Shown: in pieces, positions 25,665 through 39,159 of the stretch
Layout: every line of letters starts with the position of its first letter
How positions within the stretch are numbered: the stretch's first letter is position 1
NCBI RefSeq assembly: GCF_006345805.1
Contig: NC_043025.1
Coordinates: 1-64,000, forward strand
DNA length: 64,000 nt
Reading direction: 5' to 3'
Source of the DNA: Octopus sinensis
Taxonomy: Eukaryota
Translations under genes and position numbers: made by a program
The notes under the pieces: model-generated
What the model saw: only the letters and a program-made list of their open reading frames with translations
Database searches by the model: none
Told to the model about the DNA's origin: nothing

Positions 25665-26892
25665 TTACTCTTTTACTCTTTTACTTGTTTCAGTCATTTG
25701 ACTGCGGCCATGCTGGAGCACCGCCTTTTAGTACTTATTCTATCGGTCTCTTTTTGCCGAACCGCTAAGTAACGGGAACGTAAACACACCAGCATCGGTT
25801 GTCAAGCAACGCTAGGGAGACAAACACAGACACACAAACACACACATATACATATATATACATATATACGACAGGCTTCTTTCAGTTTCCGTCTACCAAA
25901 TCCACTCACAAGGCATTGGTCGGCCCGGGGCTATAGCAGAAGACACTTGCCCAAGATGCCACGCAGTTGGACTGAACCCGGAACCGTGTGGTTGGTAAGC
26001 AAGCTACTTACCACACAGCCACCCCTAAGTCTATATACATATATACGACAGGCTTCTTTCAGTTTCCGTCTACCAAATCCACTCACAAGGCATTGGTCAG
26101 CCCGGGGCTATAGCAGAAGACACTTGCCCAAGATGTCACGCAGTGGGACTGAACCCGCAACCGTGTGGTTGGTTAGCAAGCTACTTACCACACAGCCACC
26201 CCTGCGCCTTTCGGTATCGATAAATGTAAAGTACCAGGGTTCTATTCTTCTCCTAGTTTCACTTTCGTTTTCTTATTTATTTCCGAAAAACGATCGATTG
26301 CTCTGGCGTTGTTGGCATTTTGCAGATTTAAAAAGCTGAAATCGCGCCGCCACATCGAGGACACACCGTAGGCAAATTGAGGTTCCAGGGCACCTATGTA
26401 AATTTACTGAGTACAGAAATACATATATACATATACATACATATATGTGTGTATGTGTGTATGTATATATATATATATATATACATACATACTCTTTTAG
26501 TCTTTTACTTGTTTCAGTAATTTGACTGCGGCCTATCGATCAAATCGACCCCGGGACTTATTCTTTGTAAGCCCAGTACTTATTCTATCGGTCTCTTTTT
26601 GCCGTACCGCTAAGTGACGGGGACGTAAACACACCAGCATCGGTTGTCAAGCAATGCTGGGGGGGACAAACACAGACATACAAACACACACACATACATA
26701 TATATATATATAATATATATATATATATATACCACAGGCTTCTTTCAGTTTCCGTCTATCAAATCCACTCACAAGGCATTGGTCGACCCGAGGCTATAGT
26801 AGAAGACACTTGCCGAAGGTGCCACGCAATGGAACTGAACGCGGAACCATGTGGCTGGTTAGCAAGCTACTTACCACACAGCCACTCCTGCG

Positions 26893-26938
<46 letters not shown>

Positions 26939-27427
26939 CACATACACACGTGCGCATAACGAGGTGGGAGAAACTAGTACTCGAATACCAAAGGTAGAAT
27001 AATATGTTGTTTGTCAAAGCTGAAAAAATCTTCAGCCACGCTAAATGTGTGTGTATGTTTGTGTGTGTGTGAGAGAGAGAGGGGGGGTAAAAAGGGACGC
27101 AGTGTGATCTCTTTTACTCTTTTACTTGTTTCAGTCATTTGACTGCGGCCATGCTGGAGCACCGCCTTTAGTCGAGCAACTCGACCCCGGGACTTATTCT
27201 TTGTAAGCTTAGTACTTATTCTAGGTCTATATATATATATAGGTGTATATATATATATATACACGACAGGCTTCTTTCAGTTTCCGTCTACCAAATCCAC
27301 TCACAAGGCTTTGGTCGGCCCGAGGCTATAGCAGAAGACACTTGCCCAAGGTGCCACGCAGTGGGACTGAACCCAGAACCATGTGGTTGGTTAGCAAGCT
27401 ACTTACCACACAGCCACCCCTGCGCCT
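25665..27427 (-). mobile_element. three SINE family A copies (~25665-26210, 26492-26895, 27112-27427)
   Basis: Same diagnostic sequence. Confidence 0.8.
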
Positions 27428-27429
27428 TT

Positions 27430-28290
27430 GTTATGTATTTGTCTGAATATTTTTTATCCTACCTAATGCGCCTACTATGATAGGAATTGTTTCTGTTTTT
27501 AGACTCCACGTTCGTGTTACCTTTATTTCCAGATCTATGAACTTTGAAAGTTTCTCCGTTTTTTTCTTGAGAAACATTGCTATCTATTGGCATTGATACA
27601 TCGATTAGAAAGCACTCTTTTTCCTTGGTGATTTCTGACAACTATATCTGGCCTATTGCCCTTAACTTCTCTAATCTGTGTGTATTGGCATATCCCAGAA
27701 TATGGTCTGAGCTCTCATTTTCTGAAATCTTTTTTGAGGTGTGCCATCTTTTGTCTCTTGTTATTTATTCCACAGTGTTCGCATAGCTTTTAGCGTAACT
27801 AGGTTCCAACTCTCGTGTGTTTGTGAATATATTCCTTTATAACCAGAACTGGACAACCAGAGACAATATGATTTATTATTATTATTATTATTATTATTCA
27901 GTAGTTTTATTTTTATAGCGTGCTTTCACTTCACTACCGAGCGCAGCTCTGTGTGCCTTGGGTATGTGCTGTGATTTGTTGTGATGCTCTGATGGTTATT
28001 GTATGGAAAGTGTTCTGCGTAGGATGTGTGCAGTGCCTAGTAGTGCAATTTTCTGTATGTTATATGTGTTTGTAAGTCCTGGTGTTTTTGTTATGTATTT
28101 GTCTGAATATTTTTTTATCATGCCTAATGCACCTACTATGATAGGAATTGTTTCTGTTTTCAGATTCCACATTCTAGTTACCTCTATTTCCATGTCTTTG
28201 TATTTTGAGAGTTTCTCCATTTCTTTTAGAGTAACGTTGTCATCTGCCGGTATTGATACATCAATTAGAAAGCATTTTTTTTCTTCATCA
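27430..28290 (-). mobile_element. two adjacent R4/Dong-like LINE 3' fragments
   Basis: CFLIDVSIP.D.N...KEMEKLSKYKDMEIEV..PIIVGALG..KIALLGTAHILRR, in (ATT)n context. Confidence 0.82.
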
Positions 28291-28306
28291 TATTATTATT
28301 ATTATT

Positions 28307-30105
28307 ATTGAGTGAGAGAGCAGTGCATGCCATCAAAGTGACTCTGGGTTACAAATATACGAAGCCCAGTATACCCATCATGACTACCCGTCTGATAAGG
28401 GTACACTAGGCACATGCATCACAACCATATGTGCGCGACATGGTGATCTCATATCAAAATAAACAGCGCATGACCTTGCAGGTGGGGCCCAGTTAGAATT
28501 TTCTTCAGGTCGAGTAGCCCATCCCACTCGAAAGGTCCCTGAATAAGGGTTGTTTAAGGATGTTGAACGAAACACCCGTGTTTCCAGAGGTGAATTATTC
28601 AAACCCCAAAGAAACCCTCTCAATACATGGCTATGATGCTCCCCCACTACTTCTGCTCGTGATCATAGATGCAGATATCATCAGCCACTAAGGGACATGC
28701 TCAACTGGTTAAGGTCAAACAACTGACAAGCAAATCTGTGGTATTGAGCAGAATATTTGCTGTAGCCCATCTTTTATACCAAGACAAAACAATGTACATG
28801 ATAACACTTCCAATCAGTTAAGATCAGAAGCCATGAGAGCCATTGCCTGGTACACAGCCTCGATCACTGATTCCCAACACGGATTCGTGCCGAAGAGATC
28901 ATGCTTCACCAACTTACTAATAATGGAAGAATTGGTGACGCGCATCCTCGATGATAGTGATGCTGTTGACATCGTTTTATTGGACTTTGCCAAAGCTTTT
29001 GACTCGGTAAACCACCGCCTGCTACTTGTCAAGCTTCAAGCATATAGTTTCCATCCGGATATTGTACGATGGGTTGGTGCCTTCCTCTCAGATCGCTCCT
29101 TCCAAGTTCAAGTTAATGGCTCGCGGTCCGACGTCTCCAGTGCGAGCAGTGGCGTGCCTCAAGGTTCAGTGCTTGGGCCCTTGTTGTTCTTAGTCTTCAT
29201 AAATGACTTGCCCGACGACCTCACGCAACACACCCTTCTATTTGCCGACGATATCAAACTGGTCGCTCCTCGCGGTAGTATAGAGGATCTTCGTCGATGC
29301 CTCCACCAAATTTGGAAGTGGTCTAACGATTGGGACCTGTGTCTGAACGTGTCAAAGTGCTGTCATCTGCCTGTCGGCTCTACTCCTGCAACTCAACTTG
29401 ATTTCGAGCCGGGTCGTCTGCTGCTGGAGAGGACCGATCAGGTAAAGGACCTGGGTATCTTGGTGGATTCCTCCTTTTCGCCTTCGGCCCAGTGCGTCCA
29501 TGCTGCCAACAAAGCGCGCGGAATTCTGTTTTTGATTCGACGGTCAATCATAATGCTCACAGCAGCCATATTCCTGCCACTCTATGTCACGCTGGTGAGA
29601 CCCATATTGGAGTATGGGATTCAAGCCTCTTCTCCTTATCTCCTGAAAGACATACAGCACCTCGAAAGAGTCCAGAGGCTGGCTACCCGCATCGTTCATG
29701 GTCTCAAAAATTTGTCCTACGAAGAAAGGCTGAGGACGCTCGACCTTTATTCTCTTGAAAAACGCAGCCGCCGTGGTGATCACATTCTCGCCCACAACAT
29801 CATAAGCGGGAAGTTTAACCTCTCGAAAGAGCTGTTCTTCACTCCTGCTCCGGAGCGTCGGCTGCGGGGTCATTCCGAAAGGCTCTACCTGCGACGATTT
29901 CATCTCAATCGAAGGAGAGGAGCTTTCTCCGTCCGGGTTGCGGATCCGTGGAACAAGCTGCCAGACGAGATGGTGAAGATGCCGACGACCGCTTTGTTCA
30001 AAGCCTCCCTGGACCTCAAGTGGCCTGAACTCTTTACATGAACACCACCCTGTACTTAACTCCATGTCCCCCTACATGGCCTTGCTATTTGCTTTTGAGC
30101 CAAAT

Positions 30106-30142
<37 letters not shown>

Positions 30143-30617
30143 GCATCAGGGCATTTGATGCTCCCCCACTACTTCTGCTCGTGATCAGAGATGCACATAT
30201 CGTCAGCCACTAAGGGACATGCTCAACTGGTTAAGGTCAAACAACTGACAAGCAAATCTGTGGTATTGAACAGAATATTTACTGTAGCCTATCTTTTATA
30301 CCAAGACAAAACAATGTACATGATAACACTTCCAATCAGTTAAGATCAGAAGCCATGAGAGCCACTGCCTGGTACTGCATCAGGGCATTGCTCCCCCACT
30401 ACTTCTGCTCGTGATCAGAGATGCACATATCGTCAGCCACTAAGGGACATGCTCAACTGGTTAAGGTCAAACGACTGACAAGCAAATCTGTGGTATTGAG
30501 CAGAATATTTGCTGTAGCCCATCTTTTATACCAAGACAAAACAATGTACATGATAACACTTTCAATCAGTTAAGATCAGAAGCCATGAGAGCCACTGCCT
30601 GGTACTGCATCAGGGCA
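28307..30617 (-). repeat. (ATT)n-flanked interspersed element, split by the CR1 insertion, with ~237-bp tandem duplications at its right end
   Basis: gagtgagagagcagtgcatgcc...gatgctcccccactac...cctggtac|tgcatcagggca. A second partial copy is at ~34215-34570. Family assignment uncertain; possibly Dong-associated. Confidence 0.6.
28854..30142 (+). mobile_element. 5'-truncated CR1-clade LINE with open RT C-terminus and (AACT)n tail
   Basis: ORF track 28833-30041: QHGF..RSC.TNL, DFAKAFDSV, GVPQGSVLGPLLF, LFADDIKL, RPILEY, LERVQR.ATR, RRRG, WNKLP. Tail is aact repeats. Confidence 0.93.
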
Positions 30618-30629
30618 TTATTATTATCA

Positions 30630-30699
<70 letters not shown>

Positions 30700-30857
30700 T
30701 ATTATTATTATCATTATTATTATTATATTATTATTATTATATCATTATCATTATTATTATTATTATCATTATTATTATTATCATTATTATTATCATTATT
30801 ATTATTATTATTGTTATTATTATTATTATTATCATTATTATTATTATCATTATTATT

Positions 30858-30892
<35 letters not shown>

Positions 30893-31430
30893 TCAGTAGT
30901 TTTATTTTTATAGCGTGCTTTCACTTCACTACCGAGCGCAGCTCTGTGTGCCTTGGGTATGTGCGGTGATTTGTTGTGATGCTCTGATGGTTATTGTATG
31001 GAAAGTGTTCTGCGTAGGATGTGTGCAGTGCCTAGTAGTGCAATTTTCTGTATGTTATATGTGTTTGTAAGTCCTGGTGTTTTTGTTATGTATTTGTCTG
31101 AATATTTTTTTATCATGCCTAATGCACCTACTATGATAGGAATTGTTTCTGTTTTCAGATTCCACATTCTAGTTACCTCTATTTCCAGGTCTTTGTATTT
31201 TGAGAGTTTCTCCATAATGTTGGCATAGCTTCCAATGTATGTAGGTTCCAACTCTGTCATGTCTGTGAATATATTCCTTCTTAGCCAAGACTGGGCAGCT
31301 AGAGATAATATGATTTATTGTTTCTTGTCCATCTCCACATATTCTGCAGTTACTTGTAATATTTCTTTTCATTACATGTTTTTGGTAATTTCTGGTGGGG
31401 AGGCTTTGGTCTTGTGCTGCAATTAAAAAT
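30618..31430 (-). mobile_element. R4/Dong-like (RLE) LINE 3' fragment with long (TAA)n tail
   Basis: AQDQSL.TRNY, CCHC knuckle CRICG..ETINHIISSC, RHDRV, K.SKYKDL, PIIVGALG, KIALLGTAHILRR. Embedded in (ATT)n. Confidence 0.85.
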
Positions 31431-31674
31431 CCCTCTGTTTATTATTATTATTATTATCTTGTTTATGAATGGGCGAATTATTTTATCTATTTATTTTCCC
31501 CATACAACACTTTCAATGACCACTAATAAATCTCTCATAATAAAAATTCATAATGACTGTTAAAATAATAATTAATAAATCTTCTGACGAAGCTCTTTTG
31601 TTATAAAACATCAACACACACACACATGCCCGCACGCATGCGCACAATTTAATGTGATTGCTTTTATGTTTCAG

Positions 31675-31889
31675 TACGAAAATGACATTCCCTACGGGAC
31701 TTGTGTGGAAGGCATGTATGATCCCCCTCACAGATCAATACCGAGTCACCCCCTGTCCACGCACACTGCCAACTTAAACCATGGACCTATACCGCAGTAT
31801 CCGTCGTACTCACCCAGTAACAATATGCCAGGGGTTGTGAATTCCTCCCAGGACGGACAGCTTAAGCGAGACAAGGATGCAATTTACGG
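31675..31889 (+). CDS. Meis: Meis/homothorax exon 2 (N-terminus to start of the HM/Meis domain)
   Basis: Acceptor tttcag|TAC, donor GG|gtaaga. Encodes YENDIPYGTCVEGMYDPPHRS...LNHGP...LKRDKDAIYG, phase 0 to phase 2. The LKRDKDAIYG end and the exon boundaries match Meis-family exon 2 (Prep/PKNOX has DKQAIYR instead). Confidence 0.95.
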
Positions 31890-31981
31890 GTAAGAATGTC
31901 TAAGCTTTTCTTGCCATTTTTTTTCACGTATATATTTGTCTGTGTTTATGTGTGAATGTGCGTGTGCGAGCGTGCTCTCCC

Positions 31982-32021
<40 letters not shown>

Positions 32022-32043
32022 CTCCCTCTATCTGTGTGTATAT

Positions 32044-32273
32044 ACTCTTTACTCTTTTACTTGTTTCAGTCATTTGACTGCGGCCATGCCGGAGCACCGC
32101 CTTTAATCGAGCAAATCGACCCCGGGACTTATTCTTTTTGTAAGCCCAGTACTTATTCTATCGGTCTCTTTTGCCGAACCGCTAAGTAACGGGGACACAA
32201 ACACACCAGCATCGGTTGTCAAGCAATGCTAGGGGAACAAACACAGATACACAAAGACACACACGCATATATA

Positions 32274-32317
<44 letters not shown>

Positions 32318-32474
32318 CGGGCTTCTTTCAGTTTCCGTCTACCAAATCCACTCACAAGGCTTTGGTCGGCCCGAGGCTATAGTAGAAGTCACTTGCCGAA
32401 GGTGCCACGCAGTGGGACTGAACCGGAACCATGTGGTTGGTAAACTAGCTACTTACCACACAGCCACTCCTGCG

Positions 32475-32511
<37 letters not shown>

Positions 32512-33025
32512 GACGGGCTTCTTTCAGTTTCCGTCTACCAAATCCACTCACAAGGCTTTGGTCGGCCCGAGGCTATAGTAGAAGTCACTTGCCGAAGGTG
32601 CCACGCAGTGGGACTGAACCCGGAACCATGTGGTTGGTAAACAAGCTACTTACCACACAGCCACTCCTACGCCTATATATATATACGATGGGCTTCTTTC
32701 AGTTTCCGTCTACCAAATCCACTCACAAGGCTTTGGTCAGCCCGAGGCTATAGTAGAAGACACTTGCCCAAGGTGCCACGCAGGGGGGCTGAATCCGGAA
32801 CCATGTGGTTGGTAAACAAGCTACTTACCACACAGCCACTCCTACGCCTATATATATATACGATGGGCTTCTTTCAGTTTCCGTCTACCAAATCAATTCA
32901 CAAGGCTTTGGTCGGCCCGAGGCTATAGTAGAAGTCACTTGCCGAAGGTGCCACGCAGTGGGACTGAACCCGGAACCATGTGGTTGGTAAACAAGCTACT
33001 TACCACACAGCCACTCCTACGCCTA
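32044..33025 (-). mobile_element. SINE family A with four tandem heads
   Basis: Head unit of ~175 bp repeated, separated by (TA)n. Confidence 0.8.
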
Positions 33026-33349
33026 TGTGTATCAATATGTATACACTTAAACAAATAACCAATACACACACACGGACAATTGGCTAGAGTCAATGATCTT
33101 CTGGAGATATGCTATTGATAAAAGGTATTCGTTACAGTAATTCGTTGTTTGAAGTGCCGTCGAAATAGTTAATTGTGTATCACAATATGTTTAACTAAAC
33201 TTGGCTACAAATGTTTATATTTATGGTACGAAGTGACGACTCTGAAATAAAAGTAGCGATAGAGAAATGACACCCCCACCACAATACATATATGCGTGTA
33301 TGTGTATGTATTTGTGTGTATATATACACACATATATATATTATATATA

Positions 33350-34131
33350 TTATCAAGTTATGTATATTATCAACCATCGCACAAACAATAACTCTGAGCA
33401 CCTCTTCAAACTCCACCCATCTAACACCCGTGGACATATTTACAAAGTAAGAAAACAGCACAGCTCCCATGACTTCAGGAAACATTTTTTCACGCTGAGA
33501 GCTGCTGAAGCATGGAACAAACTGCCGGCATCGGTTGTTAGTTGTCGGAGCACTGCATCCTTCAAATCTTCCATGCTTCCTGAGAGATTCGCCAACACTA
33601 CACCTGATCTTCTCCCCTCCATACACACGCTGAAGCATGGAACAAACTGCCAGCATCAGTTGTTAGTTGTCGGAGCACTGCATCCTTCAAATCTTCCATG
33701 CTTCCTGAGATTCGCCAACACTACACCTGATTTTCTCCCCTCCATACACACGCTGAAGCATGGAACAAACTGCCAGCATCAGTTGTTAGTTGTCGGAGCA
33801 CTGCATCCTTCAAAACTTCCATGCTTCCTGAGATTCGCCAACACTACACCTGATTTTCTCCCCTCCATACACACGCAAGCATGGAACAAACTGCCGGCAT
33901 CAGTTGTTAGTTGTCGGAGCACTGCATCCTTCAAAACTTCCATGCTTCCTGAGATTCGCCAACACTACACCTGATTTCCTCCCCTACATACACACACAAG
34001 CATGTATCTGACTCATACACTGTTCACTTTCCAGACATTTCTACATTACTGCATGTACTTTATATGCACTTTCTGACAAGTTGTGGTGCACCTGAGCACT
34101 GTATACAATAATTTCATTATTATTATTATTA
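33350..34131 (+). mobile_element. 3' fragment of a second CR1-like family with ~123-bp internal tandem repeats
   Basis: NTRGHIYK..RKHFFTLRAAEAWNKLP. The gaagcatggaacaaactgcc unit occurs four times; (ATT)n tail. Confidence 0.8.
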
Positions 34132-34214
34132 TTTTTAAGTTGGGCCGAAAGTCACGCATAAGAAGCCTTTAGCGATTTATTTATATAGCTTTATTTTATT
34201 ATCATCGTCATTAT

Positions 34215-34570
34215 TATGAGAGTGAGACAGCAACGCCATGCCATCTAAGTGACTCTAGGGTACAAATTTACGAAGGCCAGTGTACCCATCATGACTACCC
34301 GTCTGATAAGGGTACACTAGGCACATGCATCACGACCATATGTACGTGACATGGTGAAACTTCATCAGGATAAACAGCACATGACCTTGCAGGTGGAACC
34401 CAGTTAGAATTTTCTTCAGGTCGAGTAGCCCATCCCGCTCAAACGGTCCCGAATAAGGGTCGTTTAAGGATGTTGAAAGAACCACCCATGTTTCCAAAGG
34501 TGAATTATTCAAACCTCCAAGAATCCCTCTCAACACATGGCTATGATGCTCCCCCACTACTTCTGCTCGT
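34215..34570 (-). repeat. partial second copy of the (ATT)n-flanked element
   Basis: Closely matches 28310-28660 by eye. Confidence 0.65.
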
Positions 34571-34571
34571 A

Positions 34572-35132
34572 GTTTTCGCAACTTGCAATCGATTTTCACC
34601 AAACTCATGGTGAAGCTTAATGTTACCCTAAGAAACTTAATTCTGACGTTTAGTTTTCCATGCAATACCTTATCATCAGAAAAAAATCGATAAAATCATG
34701 CCAGTTTGGGACATCGCGTTCAAATTCAAGATGACATATTTTCGACAATATCTTTCACAAATTGGCAGGATTTTTTTTAAAAATTCACAGCGAGCATCAT
34801 GTCTGCTCCAAGGAGCTATATGGCCCTTTTTATTCCAATAGGATACTTTATTACTGGAAAAAATCGGTCAATTAAATCATATATGGCACACATAGCAAAC
34901 CGATTTGTGTATTAAACACAAACCACAGACTGTCTAGGGGACGCAAATCGACCTTTTTATCGCCCAAAGGGACAGCTAGGAACATCGTATACACAGAAGT
35001 ATTCGAGTGAAGAGAAGACATTGCGACCTACACATGCGCCTTCGTTCCCGAGAGGGAAAGGACTAGATTGGGATTAGTCGTTGCCTACTAGGTGCTCTTA
35101 CATACTCGGGCAACGCCGGGCTATGCTGCTAG
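34572..35132 (+). mobile_element. non-autonomous Helitron family 2, 3' portion
   Basis: Reverse complement of ~24373-24935; ends in the hairpin plus CTAG. Confidence 0.78.
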
Positions 35133-35555
35133 CGTATGCATAATGCAGTAGTCAGAACGGTCTGGAACAGGATAACGAAAAAGAAAATATCTAAAAACGA
35201 AGTTGGCCATATTGAAACCGATGGGTCAAAAGAATATTGGCGTGAGTACGGCCAACAAGTTTAAAATACAACCGGCCAGGTGTCGTTCTGTGGGACCATA
35301 AAGATAAGATGTGTTCTGTTATGGAGATCAGCTGCCCTCCGGTTTCCATTGTGGTTGGCAAAATAGAAGAGAAAAAGAACAACTATGGATCATAGATGAG
35401 GAGTTTGCAATTCCAGTACCCAAGATACATTCTCAGCTTCATACCCTATTATTATTGAACCAACTGGATACCTACCAACCCATCTGGAGTAGATATGGCT
35501 CGACGTGGAATCTTGGGGAGAGAGTGCAAGTTCTTGATTCATGTGGTATAAGTAA

Positions 35556-35958
35556 AGGCGGCGAGCTGGCAGAACCGTTAGCACGCTGGGCGAAATGCGT
35601 AGCCGTATTTCGTCTGCTGTTACGTTCTGAGTTCAAATTCAGCCAAGGTCGACTTTGCCTTTCCTCCTCTCAGGGTCGATAAATTAAGTACCAGTTACGC
35701 ACTGGGGTCGATGTAATCGACTTAATCCGTTTCTCTGTCCTTGTTTGTCCTCTTTGTGCTTAGCCCCTTGTCGGTAGTAAGGAAATAGGTATTTCGTCTG
35801 CCGCTACGTTCTGAGTTCAAATTTCGCCGAAATCGACTTTGCCTTTCATCCTTTCGGGGTCGTTAAATTAAGTACCAGTTACGCACTGGGATCGATATAA
35901 TCGACTTAATCCGTTTGTCTGTCCTTGTTTGTCCTCTCTGTGTTTAGCCCCTTGTGGT
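35556..35958 (+). mobile_element. SINE family B with duplicated body
   Basis: As 15315-15722. Confidence 0.72.
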
Positions 35959-36741
35959 TTGAACGGCAGTTTTTCGTTTGAACGGCAGTTTTTTTAAATG
36001 ATTTCCACGTAACTAAACACTTTTAAACTTCGTATACTGGTAGAATGTGTTTATAAAACATCTTTTTCTCTTGGCTTTATTGAGAACATTCTATAGTTTG
36101 TAAGATATTTGGGTCTTTTCGGTTTGAACGGCAGTTTTTAAAAATAATTTCCACGTAAGTAAACACTTTCAAACTTCGTATACTGGGAGAATGTGTTTAT
36201 AAAACATCTTTTTCTCTTGGCTTTATTGAGAAAATTCTATGGTTTTTAAGATATTTTTTGTGTTTTTTTCTTCAATTTCTGCAATTTCAACCAATCAATG
36301 ACGTCTATTTAGGTAAAAAAAAACACATTCTGTGCCGTATGAATATGTCCCTCGTTTAAGAAGCAGATTGGGTTTATTTACATTTCTGAAAAAAAAAAGA
36401 TACTCTTCCCTCCACCCCTAACCCTAACCCTAAAGCTGATTGAAATGCAATAGATCAATACTAGGGTCATAATTATGGGTGACAATTTCATGACATCTCT
36501 AGAAAAAACTGCCGTTCAAACAGAAAAGATCCTACATACATACATTGTGTATGTGTGTGTGTCTGTGTGTGTGTGTGTGCGCGCGCGCATGCGTGTGTAT
36601 GTATTTTAATACCCTTCGCCCTAACTAACCCTAACCCTAAAGCAGATTGAAATGCAATAGATCGATACTAGGGTCATAATTATGGGTGACAATTTCATAT
36701 GACATCTCTAGAAAAAACTGCCGTTCAAACAGAAAAGATCC
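35958..36741. mobile_element. TIR element with duplicated termini and internal (CCCTAA) motifs
   Basis: GG(G/A)TCTTTTC(G/T)GTTTGAACGGCAGTTTTT at 36111 inverted at 36503-36532. Both end segments are repeated. Confidence 0.6.
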
Positions 36742-36886
36742 TACATACATACATTGTGTATGTGTGTGTGTGCGAGCGCGTGCGTGTGTATGTATGTATT
36801 TTAATACATATCAAAAATGATTTTAAAGTATTTAATTAGATGTTTTAATCAACTAAATTATTTCCGTTTCATGCCTTTGATCTTAA

Positions 36887-37111
<225 letters not shown>

Positions 37112-37321
37112 TAATTAACAATTCAAAGCACACACACAAAAAATCCCACCTTGAACAAAATCGTAATTTCCTGATCTTTCTCAGTAACCACAGAAATACC
37201 ATAATCATCCTCCAGAGATCGTTTCCAGTGTTGGCTTGGGATTGGTAAGCCGGAGAGCTGCACTAGGCTCCAGTCTGTTTTGGATTGGTTTGTAATGTGC
37301 CTTTTCCGTGTCACCGGCATG

Positions 37322-37763
37322 GGTACCCGCATGGTTCATGGTCTCAAAGATTTGTCCTATGAAGAAAGGCTGAGGACGCTCGACCTTTATTCTCTAGAAA
37401 AACGGAGCCGCCGTGGTGATCTCATTCTCGCCCACAGCATCAGAAGCGGAAAGTGTAACCTCTTGAAAGAGCTGTTCTTCACTCCTGCTCCAGAGCGTCG
37501 GCTTCGGGGTCATTCTGAAAAGCTCTATCTGCGACGATTTCATCTCAATCAAAGGAGAGGAGCTTTCTCCGTCCGGGATGCGGATCTGTGGAACAAGCTG
37601 CCAGACGAGATGGTGAAGATGCCGACGACCGCTTGGTTGAAAGTCTCCCTTGACCTCAAGTGGCCAGAACTCTTTACATGAACACCACCCTGTACTTAAC
37701 TCCATGTCCTCCTACATGGCCTTGCTATTTGCTTTTGAGCCAAATTAACTAACTAACTAACTA
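37322..37763 (+). mobile_element. 3' fragment of the same CR1 family
   Basis: LSYEERLRTLDLYSLEKRSRRGDLI..WNKLP, the same 3' UTR and an (AACT)n tail. Confidence 0.9.
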
Positions 37764-37920
37764 CCTTTTATGTGTCACCTACACGGGTGCTTTTTACGTA
37801 TCATCGGCATGTGTGTCTTTCACGTGTCTTCTCGAACACAGCAAATCGCCTGAAGTCTAGGAAAAAGCAAATCGGAGTCTATTCTAGTAAGATAAGATTA
37901 ACAAATACCATATTTGATGA

Positions 37921-38547
37921 GGAGGCGCAATGGCCCAGTGGTTAGGGCAGCGGACTCGCGGTCGTAGGATCGCGGTTTCGATTCCCAGACCGGGCGTTGT
38001 GAGTGTTTATTGAGCGAAAACACCTAAAAGCCCCACGAGGCTCCGGCAGGGATGGTGGTGATCCCTGCTGTACTCTTTCACTACAACTTTCTCTCACTCT
38101 TACTTTCTGTTGTACCTGTATTTCAAGGGGCCGGCCTTGTCACTCTCTGTGTCACGCTGAATATCCCCGAGAACTACGTTAATGGTACACGTGTCTGTGG
38201 AGTGCTCAGCCACTTACACGTTAATTTCACGAGCAGGCTGTTCCATTGATTCGGATCAACCGGAACCCTCGTCGTCGTAACCGACAGAGTGCTCCTGCAA
38301 GGGGTGGTGGTGATCCCTGCTGTACTCTTTCACCACAACTTTCTCTCACTCTTACTTCCTGTTTCTGTTGTACCTGACAAGGGCCGGCCTTGTCACTCTC
38401 TGTGTCACGCTGAATATCCCCGAGAACTACGTTAAGGGTACACGTGTCTGTGGAGTGCTCAGCCACTTACACGTTAATTTCACGAGCAAGCTGTTCCGTT
38501 GATTCGGATCAACCGGAACCCTCGTCGTCGTAACCGACGGAGTGCTT
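37921..38547 (+). mobile_element. SINE family C head with a different tail, tail duplicated
   Basis: Head nearly identical to 1326-1500. The tail ttcacgagcaggctgttcc..gtcgtaaccgac occurs twice. Confidence 0.72.
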
Positions 38548-39159
38548 CCATTCCAGCTGTTTGTGAAATGTTGATTACTTGAACAATGACAGTTGAATGA
38601 CCTGATAATACTAATTAGATAAATTATCGTAAATCTAATCAACATGATACATTTTGCAAGTTTTAACATTTTAGTGGAATGTTTAAAATAACAAATGGAA
38701 TCAATGCCTCTTCCGGTGGTATTTGATCTTAGTCTGCGGGATTACAGTATTTCATCTAGAAAACGAACGGTAGCAACAGATCAGATTTAATCCTTTATTT
38801 AACAATTCTAAAGCTTACATTGATAACATTAAATTGGCAAGAAGATAGAATATCAATATAATTTCAAATCATGCAATATTTTCTGTTTCAAGCCATACTG
38901 AGGCCCTGAAACTCGTTTAAATTACATCATGGTGGATTATACAGTCTCATGCATGCATAGTGTTGTATTGAAACGTACAATTATAGTGTCGTTACAACGA
39001 AAGAATATTTTATATTATATATGGAGAAAATATTATTTAATATTATATATGGAGAAAATATTATTTTATATTATATATGGAGAAAATATAATTTTATATT
39101 ATATATGGAGAAAATATTATTTCATATTATATATGGAGAAAATATTATTTTATATTATA

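Noticed and set aside
3478-33025. Recurrent short ORFs ending CPRCHAVGLNPEPCGW or RASFSFRLPNPLTR
   Set aside because: They are reading frames through SINE family A, not a protein family.
36415-36432. Telomere (CCCTAA)n
   Set aside because: Only 2-3 units, internal to a TIR element; not a telomeric array.
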